Positions 27,227 to 36,455 of a stretch of 42,999 nt of DNA are shown here, piece after piece. Source of the DNA: Kagunavirus LM08P2; the sequence record OZ035738.1. One strand, given 5' to 3'. Within the stretch, counting starts at the first letter, position 1. Every line of letters begins with the position of its first letter. A program made the position numbers and the translations under genes. The notes under the pieces were generated by a model that was not told where the DNA came from, searched no databases, and was given only the letters and a program-made list of their open reading frames with translations.

Positions 27227-29489
27227 AACGGTACACCTCTTCCCCAGCCCATGTTAACGGGAACCCTTCGGCCCACTCAGGTAATGAGCATAGCAGGTCA
27301 CCCATCTCTTTAACCGTGTACTCTGGCGTGTCTGGCGTTTCGGCAACACATTCGTCATGTACGTGGAGTACAATTGGGTAGCCCGCCGCCTCGACCGTCA
27401 GGAGTCCGTTAACCAGTAAATCACGGCACAACGCCTGGATGATGTTTTCACACAATTTTCCGCCGTGGGTGTACAAAGTTGTCCACTGGCGGGTGGTCTG
27501 ATTTTCACCCTGATACTTAATGCGGACGTTAGTAGTAACGCGCCCATCCTCGTCAGTCTCTTTAGTGACGCTTAAGCCTATGCCAGGGTAGGACATGATG
27601 CGCCCAGACGGCAGTTCCACGCACAACCACCAACCCGGAACCGGATTACCGTGGTTGTCTTTTTCTTTGGTACGCCAGATGCGGATGGCTCTGTCGCCGT
27701 TAAGGCGTACTCGGGCCCCCGCCCAAAACTCTCGTCCCGGATTTCTGATGGCGGCTATCACCGAATCCTTAAGGTCATTCCAGAATTTCACTGTTTCCGG
27801 ATGGGCTTCCCGCCACATGCGCTTAATGGCGTCACAGGTGCGCCAGACTTCTTTAGGCAGCACATAAGAGGCCCGTTCATCTTTTTTACCAGGCTTTGGC
27901 GGGCGTTTAGCCTCCTGAATTCTGGCCCATTCGTAGCCACGGGCGGTAGCCGCCCAAATGTGGTCGGGGAACGTGCCCCGCATTGTCTCTGTCATTTTAA
28001 AGAGGTCCAGCCCGTAAGTTTTAGCCATAGTCATAAAAGCCCCTACGCCCCCCTCGTAGCCGAGGCCGAGTTCGCAACATTTCCCGACCTGACGTAGGTC
28101 CTTACGGGTGGCTTTTAGTTCTACGGGGTCCATGCCAAACATCTTGCCCGCGGTGGCGCAATAAATATCAATCCCTGCGCGGAAGGTCTCAAGCGCGGAT
28201 GTCTCCCCCGCGGTCCAGGCCAACCCGCGCCCTTCTACGTTTGAGTAGTCGGCAACGAGCAACTTATTACCCTTTTCAGGGATGATGCAACTGCGAACAG
28301 TCGAGGCTGTCAGCTTGGATACGTCGAAACGACGGTGCGCCCGACCCTTTAGCAGCAGATTGATGCCGAACGATAGGGGGTTGAGACGACGGTTCCAGTC
28401 TTCGTCGGACTCCCACGGCTGGCGTACAAGTTTCTTCTCCTCGTTAGTCGGGTCATCATGATAGTACCCGCGCGACAGGTTCTGCGGCTGGAACCCTTTA
28501 CCCGCAAATCGTAAAGTGCGCTTTGCCCCACCGTACTGGATGCAACCGCGCCGGCGGCCGTCTTTGGACCGTCCTAGCAGGAGCGGTTTGTATTTTGTCG
28601 ACGCCGTGGAGGCCGCGCCGAGGCGCATCTCAATGATTGTGCGCGCATCGTCAGGTAAGTCGTCGTCCTCTAGCAAACCTTCGAGCGTTGCTTTCTGTGC
28701 ATTATAGATATTGTAGGCCGGTGCCAGCTCCCGAAGGATTGGCAGGAAGTCTTTACCCGTTAGCTTGCCGCCAAATTTAGCCCTGGCCTCGTTTTTTAGC
28801 TCTTGCTTGTGGCGTTCAACTGCTGCTACCGCCGCCTCAGCAAGAGCCGCATCAACAAAGAAGCCTCGGTCGTTGATTAACTGGTCAAGTTCAAGTACAC
28901 GGTCCTCGAAATCGGAGTTACCCCAACGTGGCAGCTTATGGAAGACTTCACGCATCGCTGTGATGTCGCTCACGGCATACTTGATGAACAGGGCCCACTC
29001 GTCAGGGTGAGTTTCTGCGGTGTAGCGGCGGATTTTGTAGTTCTTCGGCGTCGGTTTAGAGAAACGCTTAATCAGCGCCTTGCCGCGTTTATCTTTTGCA
29101 TTGTCGGCGGATACGCCCAGCACTTCGCACAATGCGTCAAGTGACCCCGGCAGCGCGTGACGAAACGCCCAAATCATCGTATCAATGGTGTTGCTTACGG
29201 GAATATCAAAACCCCAGCAGTTCTTCATGATGAGCCTATCGAAAAGTCCACCGTTATGCCACACCATCTTAATGCGACTGTTTGGCTTCACCAGACGGCG
29301 TAACGCGCGGTGTAAATCTCCCGGCATGTCGCTGCCGTCAGTGCAGTCCCATACCTGAACAGGCTCGTCATCAAAAGCATAGGTGCAGATGAGCACTTCG
29401 GTAGTCGGGTGTTCGGCGTAAGCATAGGAGCCGACTTTCTTTAAATCGGCTTCAGAGAATGTTTCAAAGTCTAAGAACAGGTAACTCAT
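27216..29489 (-). CDS. Family A DNA polymerase with 3'-5' exonuclease domain
   Basis: 757 aa; N-terminal DFETFS (Exo I motif); C-terminal HVHDECV resembling Pol A motif C. Confidence 0.85.
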   Translation of the reverse strand: MSYLFLDFETFSEADLKKVGSYAYAEHPTTEVLICTYAFDDEPVQVWDCTDGSDMPGDLHRALRRLVKPNSRIKMVWHNGGLFDRLIMKNCWGFDIPVSNTIDTMIWAFRHALPGSLDALCEVLGVSADNAKDKRGKALIKRFSKPTPKNYKIRRYTAETHPDEWALFIKYAVSDITAMREVFHKLPRWGNSDFEDRVLELDQLINDRGFFVDAALAEAAVAAVERHKQELKNEARAKFGGKLTGKDFLPILRELAPAYNIYNAQKATLEGLLEDDDLPDDARTIIEMRLGAASTASTKYKPLLLGRSKDGRRRGCIQYGGAKRTLRFAGKGFQPQNLSRGYYHDDPTNEEKKLVRQPWESDEDWNRRLNPLSFGINLLLKGRAHRRFDVSKLTASTVRSCIIPEKGNKLLVADYSNVEGRGLAWTAGETSALETFRAGIDIYCATAGKMFGMDPVELKATRKDLRQVGKCCELGLGYEGGVGAFMTMAKTYGLDLFKMTETMRGTFPDHIWAATARGYEWARIQEAKRPPKPGKKDERASYVLPKEVWRTCDAIKRMWREAHPETVKFWNDLKDSVIAAIRNPGREFWAGARVRLNGDRAIRIWRTKEKDNHGNPVPGWWLCVELPSGRIMSYPGIGLSVTKETDEDGRVTTNVRIKYQGENQTTRQWTTLYTHGGKLCENIIQALCRDLLVNGLLTVEAAGYPIVLHVHDECVAETPDTPEYTVKEMGDLLCSLPEWAEGFPLTWAGEEVYRYAK

Positions 29490-29504
29490 TATTTTCGACC
29501 CTTA

Positions 29505-29532
29505 GTAAAAAGGCCCAATGAAGGGCCTTAGT
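29505..29532 (-). terminator. Intrinsic terminator (minus strand)
   Basis: On minus strand AAGGCCC-TTCATT-GGGCCTTTTTACT, downstream of SSB-like gene. Confidence 0.55.
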
Positions 29533-29548
29533 TAAATTGATTCAGATA

Positions 29549-30178
29549 TTAGCGGCGGCGACGTTCGCGGCGCGGTGCTTCATCTTCTTCGTCGTCTTCC
29601 AGGTCGTCGGTGCTCGCTACTACACTGGAGCCGCCGAAGCGTTTACCTTCACCCATATACTTGATGCCGAGGATAGTGGCGCACAGGTTTTTCCAATCTT
29701 TGTGCCACCATAACTCTACAGATACGTTTGCGACACATCCGCTGTATACCTGCTCGCCTTCTATTTCCTTTCCGTCGATGTTGAAATCAGGCTCGGTTTG
29801 TTTTTCACCTTTAGCTGATGTCATAATTACCGGTTGGCGGTTGTTAGTAGCACGGAAATACAAACCTTCTTCAAAATCCTCAATCGGATTGTCACGCATT
29901 GCCAGGTCGCGTACGCAGCATTTATCCGCATGGTGGTCTACGCCGTAGTTGGCCTTCATCCATTTTTCAGCAGCAGCTGACCCGATTGCCTCTGTTACAA
30001 CTTCCAGCGCTGTATCGTAAAGCGCATCAATTTGAGGATGGTCAGGCTGCATAAGAACCGTAACCTGATATTTGCCCTTAATCAGTTTACCGGTTTTCTT
30101 GTCCTCAGAATCAGCAGCACGTTCAAATACGTTAACCCAGGCGGTGTTTACTTTACGCAGATTCAGTTTAATACCCAT
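29549..30178 (-). CDS. Single-stranded DNA-binding protein (phage SSB-like, acidic C-tail)
   Basis: 209 aa ending in acidic tail DDLEDDEEDE then basic RRERRRR; position between exonuclease and polymerase. Confidence 0.5.
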   Translation of the reverse strand: MGIKLNLRKVNTAWVNVFERAADSEDKKTGKLIKGKYQVTVLMQPDHPQIDALYDTALEVVTEAIGSAAAEKWMKANYGVDHHADKCCVRDLAMRDNPIEDFEEGLYFRATNNRQPVIMTSAKGEKQTEPDFNIDGKEIEGEQVYSGCVANVSVELWWHKDWKNLCATILGIKYMGEGKRFGGSSVVASTDDLEDDEEDEAPRRERRRR

Positions 30179-30245
30179 CTTGATTTCTCGCTTTTCAGTT
30201 TATATTTCAAAGTTTACTCCGGGAGCTGCCCGGCCAGTGATTAGA

Positions 30246-30274
30246 ACTATAATAGCTAACTATTCAGGTGTCAA
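30246..30274 (-). promoter_or_regulatory. Sigma70-like promoter, family 1
   Basis: On minus strand TTGACACCTGAATAGTTAGCTATTATAGT upstream of SSB-like gene. Confidence 0.5.
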
Positions 30275-30522
30275 ACCTTCCAGCCAGTTATTTTCTCAAC
30301 TATCTCGATATATTTGCTAGGCCATTTCATGCTGTTTATGAATCGAATCGCCCGTGTCTTCCACGATTTATCACTCAGGATGGCTTCGATGTCGCGTGTT
30401 CGCATTAGGCATATCGTAAGGCACGCTAAGATAAATGTCGGCATCATTAGCGGCAACATAAGAACCCAGAAAATAGTACACGCTACAAATCCGCCAAGCA
30501 CCCTGAACATTTTACGAATCAT
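30271..30522 (-). CDS. Small membrane protein (83 aa)
   Basis: ATG at 30522 with SD GAGGAGG; two hydrophobic helices; track start 30552 is an upstream extension. Confidence 0.45.
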   Translation of the reverse strand: MIRKMFRVLGGFVACTIFWVLMLPLMMPTFILACLTICLMRTRDIEAILSDKSWKTRAIRFINSMKWPSKYIEIVEKITGWKV

Positions 30523-31823
30523 TCTAAATCCTCCTCTGTCACCTGATTCCACTCAGGCCGTTTATCATCTGCCGTTGCGACACAAGGCGCTCCCGGCTTG
30601 CGTGTGATTAGTTTTTCGAGAATAGGCCACGCATCAGTATTTTTGAACGCTGCTTCTGCCTCTTTCGGAGACACAAGAGACGCCTTAAACAGCATTTTCC
30701 GGTCTATTTCATAAAATTCTGCGGCGTCTATTACCTCCTTCACATCCTTCCACGCACGATTACCCGGGCGGCCTTCTACCAGTTTGTACCCCGGCACTTT
30801 CTTACCGGAATGCAAAGCGGCGGCCATCGCTTTCTCAACCTTGTCGATGTGCTGGCGCAACAACGGCAACTTCTCATACTCAACTACGAGTTGCTCCGGC
30901 GTCAGTTCCAGCGCAAAGTCGTCTTCCAGTTCTTCCGCCCGCACCGCGTTAACTGTCTTTGTACGCGCGGCGCACTGTTCGGAGAACCGACACCACTGAC
31001 AACCATCGACCGACGGCCTGAAGTCCGACGCTTTCAGATTCTTCTTGCCACGGAAATAGGCATCAAGAGCTAACAGTGCACGTTTCTGAGCAAACTTAGC
31101 GAACAGTTCCAGGCCTTCAACCGAGATGTCCCACTCTGACGCGCCACCAGCGTACGGCTGGAAGATTACCAGACGAATAACGGTGATGTTATAGCGTCTC
31201 TTGAGCCTGCGATAAACACCGAGAGCGTAAAGCATAAGCTGCTTGTTTTCTTTCGCTTCGACACGATGCCGCCCAGTTTTCAGGTCTCCGATAATTAGCA
31301 TGTGCTCGTCGGTGTTAGCCAGTTCCTGAACGGCAACAAGGTCAGCGGTTCCGAATGTCTCTAAACCATCCTCCTTACCTTCTTCACTCTCAGCAGGTAC
31401 TTTGTATCCCGGATGCAATACTTCAGTAAGATTGACACGCATCTCGGGCTTGGCGTAAGTCGCTACATCAATAATCGCTTTGCAGTAGTCGGTGTACTTG
31501 CGCACCTGCTCAATCATATCCGCCGTAATCAGTACCGCGCCTTTCACCTGGCTGATTAGTGCCTTAATCGGGCCCTTACCCTCATCCAGAACATAGGCCC
31601 CGACTTCACGCTCTAACGGCAACGCAGTTCCGCGGATATAGGCGTTGAGATGTACCTCAGCTATGGTGTGCATAGCCGTACCTGATACCGCGGCTTTACC
31701 CGACGTGTTAGGGATATCTTTCTCACAGACCAGCGATGCACTGCACGTCAGCCACTTTTTAGCCCCCGACGGCGACAGTAAGGCGTGTACATCGTTATTG
31801 CCGCCACGTTCCTTTAAAATCAT
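30519..31823 (-). CDS. PD-(D/E)XK exonuclease, Cas4/RecB-like with C-terminal Cys cluster
   Basis: N-terminal LSPSGAKKWLTC and C-terminal CQWCRFSEQC (Fe-S-type cysteines); likely start ATG 31823 with SD GGGAGA (track start 31838 is GTG). Confidence 0.65.
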   Translation of the reverse strand: MILKERGGNNDVHALLSPSGAKKWLTCSASLVCEKDIPNTSGKAAVSGTAMHTIAEVHLNAYIRGTALPLEREVGAYVLDEGKGPIKALISQVKGAVLITADMIEQVRKYTDYCKAIIDVATYAKPEMRVNLTEVLHPGYKVPAESEEGKEDGLETFGTADLVAVQELANTDEHMLIIGDLKTGRHRVEAKENKQLMLYALGVYRRLKRRYNITVIRLVIFQPYAGGASEWDISVEGLELFAKFAQKRALLALDAYFRGKKNLKASDFRPSVDGCQWCRFSEQCAARTKTVNAVRAEELEDDFALELTPEQLVVEYEKLPLLRQHIDKVEKAMAAALHSGKKVPGYKLVEGRPGNRAWKDVKEVIDAAEFYEIDRKMLFKASLVSPKEAEAAFKNTDAWPILEKLITRKPGAPCVATADDKRPEWNQVTEEDLE

Positions 31824-32092
31824 GCTCTGTTCTCCCACTGGTCAATTAAATGCCGTGTCTTATGGTCGCAGTGCATGGCCCATCCATACATCGACTCAAA
31901 GACATAAAAGTCTGGCTTGGCGAAAGTTGTGCGCTTAATCTGCGACACGTGGCGGCCTATATCTTTAGGCCGTGGCACTTTGCCTAAGTACGCCATCTCT
32001 TCCATCAGGTGCGCACCGGACGGCGCACGTAACAGCCATAACACCTCTGTGTTGTCCCGCCTGTCTACGGCTCGGTAGAGTTGGTAAATCAT
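31820..32092 (-). CDS. Hypothetical protein
   Basis: Likely start ATG 32092 with SD GAGGG and ATGA coupling (track start 32119 is GTG). Confidence 0.4.
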   Translation of the reverse strand: MIYQLYRAVDRRDNTEVLWLLRAPSGAHLMEEMAYLGKVPRPKDIGRHVSQIKRTTFAKPDFYVFESMYGWAMHCDHKTRHLIDQWENRA

Positions 32093-32292
32093 TTCTTTAC
32101 CCTCACAGAATCCATCCACGCGAAAACGTCATCCATAGAAAAATCACCGTCGAAAACTTTTTGTGTTTTATCCGACTTTTGTACATACGTAGGGCGTTTA
32201 TTATCTACCGCGTGGAAGCATACGAAGTTATCCGTTTCTTCTATAACCCGCCCTGAAATCATAAGACCACTTTTCTTAGCTAAAATAGCCAT
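32089..32292 (-). CDS. Hypothetical protein (67 aa)
   Basis: ORF with SD GAGGG. Confidence 0.4.
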   Translation of the reverse strand: MAILAKKSGLMISGRVIEETDNFVCFHAVDNKRPTYVQKSDKTQKVFDGDFSMDDVFAWMDSVRVKK

Positions 32293-32347
32293 ATTTCCGA
32301 CCCTCAGTTTGGTGCCCTCACGTATGAGGGCACCATAAGTTAAGTAG

Positions 32348-32836
32348 TTATTCTTCTTCGAAATACTTGTTCTTGATTGCCGTCAGGCGTTCCAGGTATT
32401 CGGCCAGGTCTTCGTCTTTAATCGCGGCAATCTTCATCTTCTTACCGGTGAACTCTTCCAGCAGTTCATCGGAATCATCGCACGCGGCATCGCTCGGACC
32501 TTCATTAATCGCATCGTCGATAGCCTGAATCTGATCACGAAGAGACTGGTAATCGACTTCTTCTTTCTCTTCTTGCGGCTCTGGCGTTGGCTCCTCTACT
32601 TTAGGTTTACGCGGCTTGCGTTTCGGCTTCTCTTCTTCTGCCGGTTTAGTGTCGACGAGGTCTTCACCTTCTACCGTGATTTCTTTTGTCGCTTCTTTCG
32701 CAACAACATCACGAACACTATCTGCGATGTTTGCATCTGCCTTAAGTTCATACACAGGTTTTTTCGCGCTATTCGCAGCAATCAGTTCATGCGCAACTAC
32801 GAAACGTTCCAGTAATTTTAAGAATTGGTCTAACAT
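32348..32836 (-). CDS. Highly acidic protein with central basic/Pro-rich linker
   Basis: 162 aa; D/E-rich termini with KPKRKPRKPK segment; first gene downstream of promoter 32868-32897; SD GAGGAG. Confidence 0.45.
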   Translation of the reverse strand: MLDQFLKLLERFVVAHELIAANSAKKPVYELKADANIADSVRDVVAKEATKEITVEGEDLVDTKPAEEEKPKRKPRKPKVEEPTPEPQEEKEEVDYQSLRDQIQAIDDAINEGPSDAACDDSDELLEEFTGKKMKIAAIKDEDLAEYLERLTAIKNKYFEEE

Positions 32837-32867
32837 TTGTTTCTCTCCTCTCGTTTGGTATGGGCTA

Positions 32868-32897
32868 ACTATAATAGCGAACTATTCATGTTGTCAA
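32868..32897 (-). promoter_or_regulatory. Sigma70-like promoter, family 1
   Basis: On minus strand TTGACAACATGAATAGTTCGCTATTATAGT (18-bp spacer). Confidence 0.5.
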
Positions 32898-32961
32898 TGG
32901 GCTTTCCTAAAATAATTAATATGGTACTATTCACATATAAACTGACTAAGGAGTAATTGAC

Positions 32962-33177
32962 ATGCAACCATCTGAACTAGGCATCCGTGTAGAACAACGC
33001 CGTAAAGAACTCGGCATCTCCCAGCGCCGTCTGGCTGTCCTGGCCGGTGTTTCCCAGGGCGCAATTAACCAGCTTGCGCTCGGGGTAACTCAGGACGTCC
33101 GCCCGGCAACGCTGTTTAAACTGGCGGAAGTGCTGGAAGTAGACGCCAAGTGGCTGGCGTTCGGTGAAGGGGCTTAA
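32962..33177 (+). CDS. XRE-family HTH transcriptional regulator (Cro/CI-like)
   Basis: 71 aa; ELGISQRRLAVLAGVSQGAINQL is a canonical XRE helix-turn-helix; strong SD AAGGAG; opposite strand to surrounding operon. Confidence 0.7.
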   Translation: MQPSELGIRVEQRRKELGISQRRLAVLAGVSQGAINQLALGVTQDVRPATLFKLAEVLEVDAKWLAFGEGA

Positions 33178-33194
33178 CGCCCCTTTCTTTTTCC

Positions 33195-35462
33195 CTATTC
33201 CAAATCTTCCTCAGTAACCACCAGCATTTCATTCGGCTCGTATATCGTCTTCGGAATCTTGTTATCCGTTATCCTGGTGTTAAGTCTGTAACGGCCAGGG
33301 ATTATCTGATTGTTTTCGTCGGTACCAGGCACAAGATACCCGGCCTCAACCATTTTCTTAATCTTCCCACGCTCTATGGCTTCTTTGGAGTTGAACGCCT
33401 TTGCGTTGGGGTCGGACTGAGCGAGCTTATTCGCTGCGGCCACCGTGATACCTTCATTGCCGTTGTAGGTTCCTTCTGCCAGTTCAAACGCTGCCAGTAT
33501 CGTGGCTTCCGAACTGTTGACGGCGTTCTCTACGGTTTTACGTACGTTTTCTTTACCTTCCTTTGTCAGCCCTTCTTCCCGCTCTTTCTCCTCGTCAGTT
33601 TTGAACGGCTCGAAGCCCCACGGCATCAGTACAAGCGCCTTGTGCGGTTCAGGCAGGTCGAGGTTTACGATTGTGCCGTATTCCTCTGTGCTACCCAGGA
33701 ACTCAACCGCGCGATACTCTTTCGGCGGCGGGGCTTCACGGAACTGTACTGACTCCAACACCATACCAACCGTCTTCTGTTGAGGCCCGTGCTTAAATTT
33801 AGAGTGGTATACGTTTATCTGGCGGTCGGTAGCGCGTTCGATTGTCAGCTCCACGTCGACGCCCGCATACAGCGCCCCACTGCCACGGGCCTTCTTTCCA
33901 CCCTTCGGCGTATGGTGGACAACGCCTACCGCAGCTTTAGTCGCATCACGTACTTCTTTCAGGATGGCAATGACTTTACCCATGCCGATTGCCGTCGATG
34001 AACTGTTCTCGTCGAACTTATCAATCGTCAGGGCCAGCGTCTGGTTAAGGGTGTCGAATGCGACCATGCCAATTGGCTCGTCACCCGCAGTTTCACGCAT
34101 TAACTTAATCAGGTTTTTCAGTTTTCCGACTTCGCCCATGTCGATAACATGTACATAATCTTTACCTTCCTCGCCATATTTAGCCGCGAGTGCATCTATA
34201 CGTGTGCGTGTAGCTGCGCCTCCCTCACCGTCGATATAGAAATGGTGGCAACGCTGGGTATCCGCCCCGGCAAACCGGTATCCGGCGGCGCTCAGGTACA
34301 TCATCCCCAGCGTATAGAACGATTTGTACGTGCCGGATTCCCCAACAATATCCCAGATACAATCTGACGGCATGTACCCCTCAACGACGAAATCAGCCTT
34401 TACCGGTTCCAGTAACTCGTCCTCCTCTGAGCCATCATCGTCTTCCAGGTCGTCGAGGCTGCATGAGACAGATTCACGCGCGCCCCAGCCGATAGCCTCG
34501 GCCACTTCACTGAACGGCAACCCGGTCGCATCACACGCGTATTTCCACACCTCTTTCGGTGACATGCCTTCGGTTGCCGTAATGTCGGTGTCGTGAATCA
34601 TGGTTACGTTCGGCGCTTCGTATCCCTCGCGCGGGAAACATAACAGGAAGTCGTCCGGGCGTGGTGTCGGGTCGCTGTAGTTTTCTGCGTGTTCTGGCGT
34701 AGCTGGCATCTTAAGGCCACGCGGCGTCATGATGCCGCCGTACTCGAATGCCAGTGCTTCAAACGCATCCGTAAACGCGGTGCGTAGTTCTTCCGGTATC
34801 TGGTAATCCGATGCACTGCTAACGTCAACGGCTGGTACACCTTCCAGTAACTCTTCCGGGTCAATCAGGTCGTTACGGCGCGACCAGATAACGGTAGAGC
34901 CAACCGGCGGCAGGTACATCGGTTGCGACAGAGTGAACCCGCTGCGGTCAGCGCCCATACCTTTGAAGAAGTGCTCCAGCAATCCGAGACGAACGCGGAT
35001 GATGTCACCACCTTCAACCGGACGCCCCAGCGGCATGACGACGCGAAAGCGCGGGGACTCATCGGCATGTGATGCTGTGGTGTAGAGGCACATCGCCTGG
35101 CGGCTGCGTTTAACCAGTTGCACCGCTTCCTGATACTCTTCCGTCGTTGCGCTGTCGAAGTCCAGATACGCCAGTGACGATTTGCTTACAGACGCGTCAC
35201 AGCGATAGAAGAAGCCTTTACGCGCTTGCTTAAAGTCACCGGTTTCCGGGTCTTTTACGGTGCTGTGCGTCGAGTCGCACGCGGCAGTGATATAGCCCGG
35301 TGCGGTCTTCGGATTAATTCCGTCTCGAACGGCATCGAGCGGCTGGAGTAGCTCTTTCAGGTCGCCCAGTGTCGCCGTGTGTGTTGTTCTGACGTTTATA
35401 TCCTTTTTCTCCGCCCGCGCGTTGCGACGTGACCACGAGTAGGATAAAATTACATCGGACAT
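33195..35462 (-). CDS. Primase-polymerase (AEP-like) fused to RecA-fold helicase
   Basis: 755 aa; N-terminal LAYLDFD and SHAD motifs resemble AEP prim-pol catalytic motifs; central GESGTYKS (Walker A) and VHHTPK. Confidence 0.7.
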   Translation of the reverse strand: MSDVILSYSWSRRNARAEKKDINVRTTHTATLGDLKELLQPLDAVRDGINPKTAPGYITAACDSTHSTVKDPETGDFKQARKGFFYRCDASVSKSSLAYLDFDSATTEEYQEAVQLVKRSRQAMCLYTTASHADESPRFRVVMPLGRPVEGGDIIRVRLGLLEHFFKGMGADRSGFTLSQPMYLPPVGSTVIWSRRNDLIDPEELLEGVPAVDVSSASDYQIPEELRTAFTDAFEALAFEYGGIMTPRGLKMPATPEHAENYSDPTPRPDDFLLCFPREGYEAPNVTMIHDTDITATEGMSPKEVWKYACDATGLPFSEVAEAIGWGARESVSCSLDDLEDDDGSEEDELLEPVKADFVVEGYMPSDCIWDIVGESGTYKSFYTLGMMYLSAAGYRFAGADTQRCHHFYIDGEGGAATRTRIDALAAKYGEEGKDYVHVIDMGEVGKLKNLIKLMRETAGDEPIGMVAFDTLNQTLALTIDKFDENSSSTAIGMGKVIAILKEVRDATKAAVGVVHHTPKGGKKARGSGALYAGVDVELTIERATDRQINVYHSKFKHGPQQKTVGMVLESVQFREAPPPKEYRAVEFLGSTEEYGTIVNLDLPEPHKALVLMPWGFEPFKTDEEKEREEGLTKEGKENVRKTVENAVNSSEATILAAFELAEGTYNGNEGITVAAANKLAQSDPNAKAFNSKEAIERGKIKKMVEAGYLVPGTDENNQIIPGRYRLNTRITDNKIPKTIYEPNEMLVVTEEDLE

Positions 35463-35520
35463 GTTGTATTTCCTTCAGCAAGTAATTTGGCCTCGGCGTT
35501 CACCGCGTCGGGGCTTTCTT

Positions 35521-35811
35521 TTATCTATTAGCCAGACATTCCATCAAATGCGCGTACTTACGATAATAATCTACGACAATCTCATCACCGAAATACTGAT
35601 AAACGTACGCTAAGTGGTCAGAGACATCGATGGAAGCCGACATTGTGCTGAGTCTTCGGAGACTAATCAACTGTAATTCTTCTGTAACGCAAAACGGTGA
35701 ATAAGAGTCCAGCTTACAAGAAACGTTAAAGCACAACGCATATTCGCCTTGCACTAAATAAACCATATAAGCACTGTCATTTTCTTTATCGTGGAAAATT
35801 ACACCTTTCAT
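35521..35811 (-). CDS. Hypothetical protein (96 aa)
   Basis: ORF with ATGA coupling to upstream HTH gene. Confidence 0.4.
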   Translation of the reverse strand: MKGVIFHDKENDSAYMVYLVQGEYALCFNVSCKLDSYSPFCVTEELQLISLRRLSTMSASIDVSDHLAYVYQYFGDEIVVDYYRKYAHLMECLANR

Positions 35812-35976
35812 TTCACGTTCTCCTTAATCCACGCCTCAACTTTATTACGGTCAAATGTACCAGGTAAACGGCGACCCATTACTTTAACGCTGCAATCAGG
35901 AAACTTTCCACTCTTAATCCAGTTATTGATTGTCTGGCGGGTGACTCCGATTAATTCTGCAACTTCATTGATAGTC
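35808..35976 (-). CDS. Small HTH DNA-binding protein (AlpA/excisionase-like fold)
   Basis: ATG at 35976 with SD AGGAGAG; MTINEVAELIGVTRQTINNWIKSGKFP is a typical phage HTH; first gene of leftward early operon; track start 36068 is an upstream extension. Confidence 0.55.
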
Positions 35977-36005
35977 ATTTCGCGCTCTCCTGTGTAAGAT
36001 GTATC

Positions 36006-36034
36006 GAAGTATAAGGCGGTAACTTTGTAAAAGC
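36006..36034 (-). promoter_or_regulatory. Leftward early promoter TTGCTT-N17-TATACT
   Basis: Minus-strand reading TTGCTTTTACAAAGTTACCGCCTTATACT; about 30 nt upstream of HTH gene. Confidence 0.45.
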
Positions 36035-36056
36035 AACCAAAACTGAACACAAAGTT
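36017..36056. promoter_or_regulatory. Operator-like perfect inverted repeat GTAACTTTGT-N20-ACAAAGTTAC
   Basis: 10-bp perfect inverted repeat arms at 36017-36026 and 36047-36056 bracketing the -35 of the leftward promoter, between divergent promoters. Confidence 0.5.
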
Positions 36057-36083
36057 ACTAAGATACAAAAGATGCTACTGGTA

Positions 36084-36112
36084 TTGACTTTTACTTAAAA
36101 ATATGCTAAGCT
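36084..36112 (+). promoter_or_regulatory. Promoter TTGACT-N17-TAAGCT (TG-extended), copy 2
   Basis: TTGACTTTTACTTAAAAATATGCTAAGCT, nearly identical to 4744-4772. Confidence 0.5.
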
Positions 36113-36118
36113 TCACTG

Positions 36119-36353
36119 AGCTTGTGAGATATCGCAAGCGACCGCGGAGCGGCAGGGAACGCAACGCGTGCCATTAGGCACTTGAGTGTAGTTCCGCTGG
36201 CGCTTTCGGAAGGGCCAAAGTCTATTGTTAATCCCGCCTAAATACCCAAGTCACTGATAATTAAAAGTTTCTATAGTTGCCGTAAGCAAGGTGGAGAGTA
36301 CTTCACTCCGCTGGGGTGGGCTAACGCCCACCCACTGCGTTGCGTACTCTTTT
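36119..36353 (+). ncRNA. Candidate structured noncoding RNA / leader element, copy 2
   Basis: Conserved with 4780-4886 over about 110 nt; no ORF; GC-rich hairpin GGGTGGGC-TAAC-GCCCACCC at 36313-36333 enclosed by GAGAGTAC/GTACTCT and followed by TTTT. Confidence 0.45.
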
Positions 36354-36392
36354 AAGAAACGAAAGAATCACAACGGCAACGTAACTTTTCTC

Positions 36393-36421
36393 TTGCACAC
36401 ACCAACATAATAGGATACTAT
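36393..36421 (+). promoter_or_regulatory. Sigma70-like promoter, family 2
   Basis: TTGCACACACCAACATAATAGGATACTAT upstream of 36456 gene. Confidence 0.5.
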
Positions 36422-36455
36422 TCACTTATAGAAACGAGACAGAGGAGTGAGGGTT

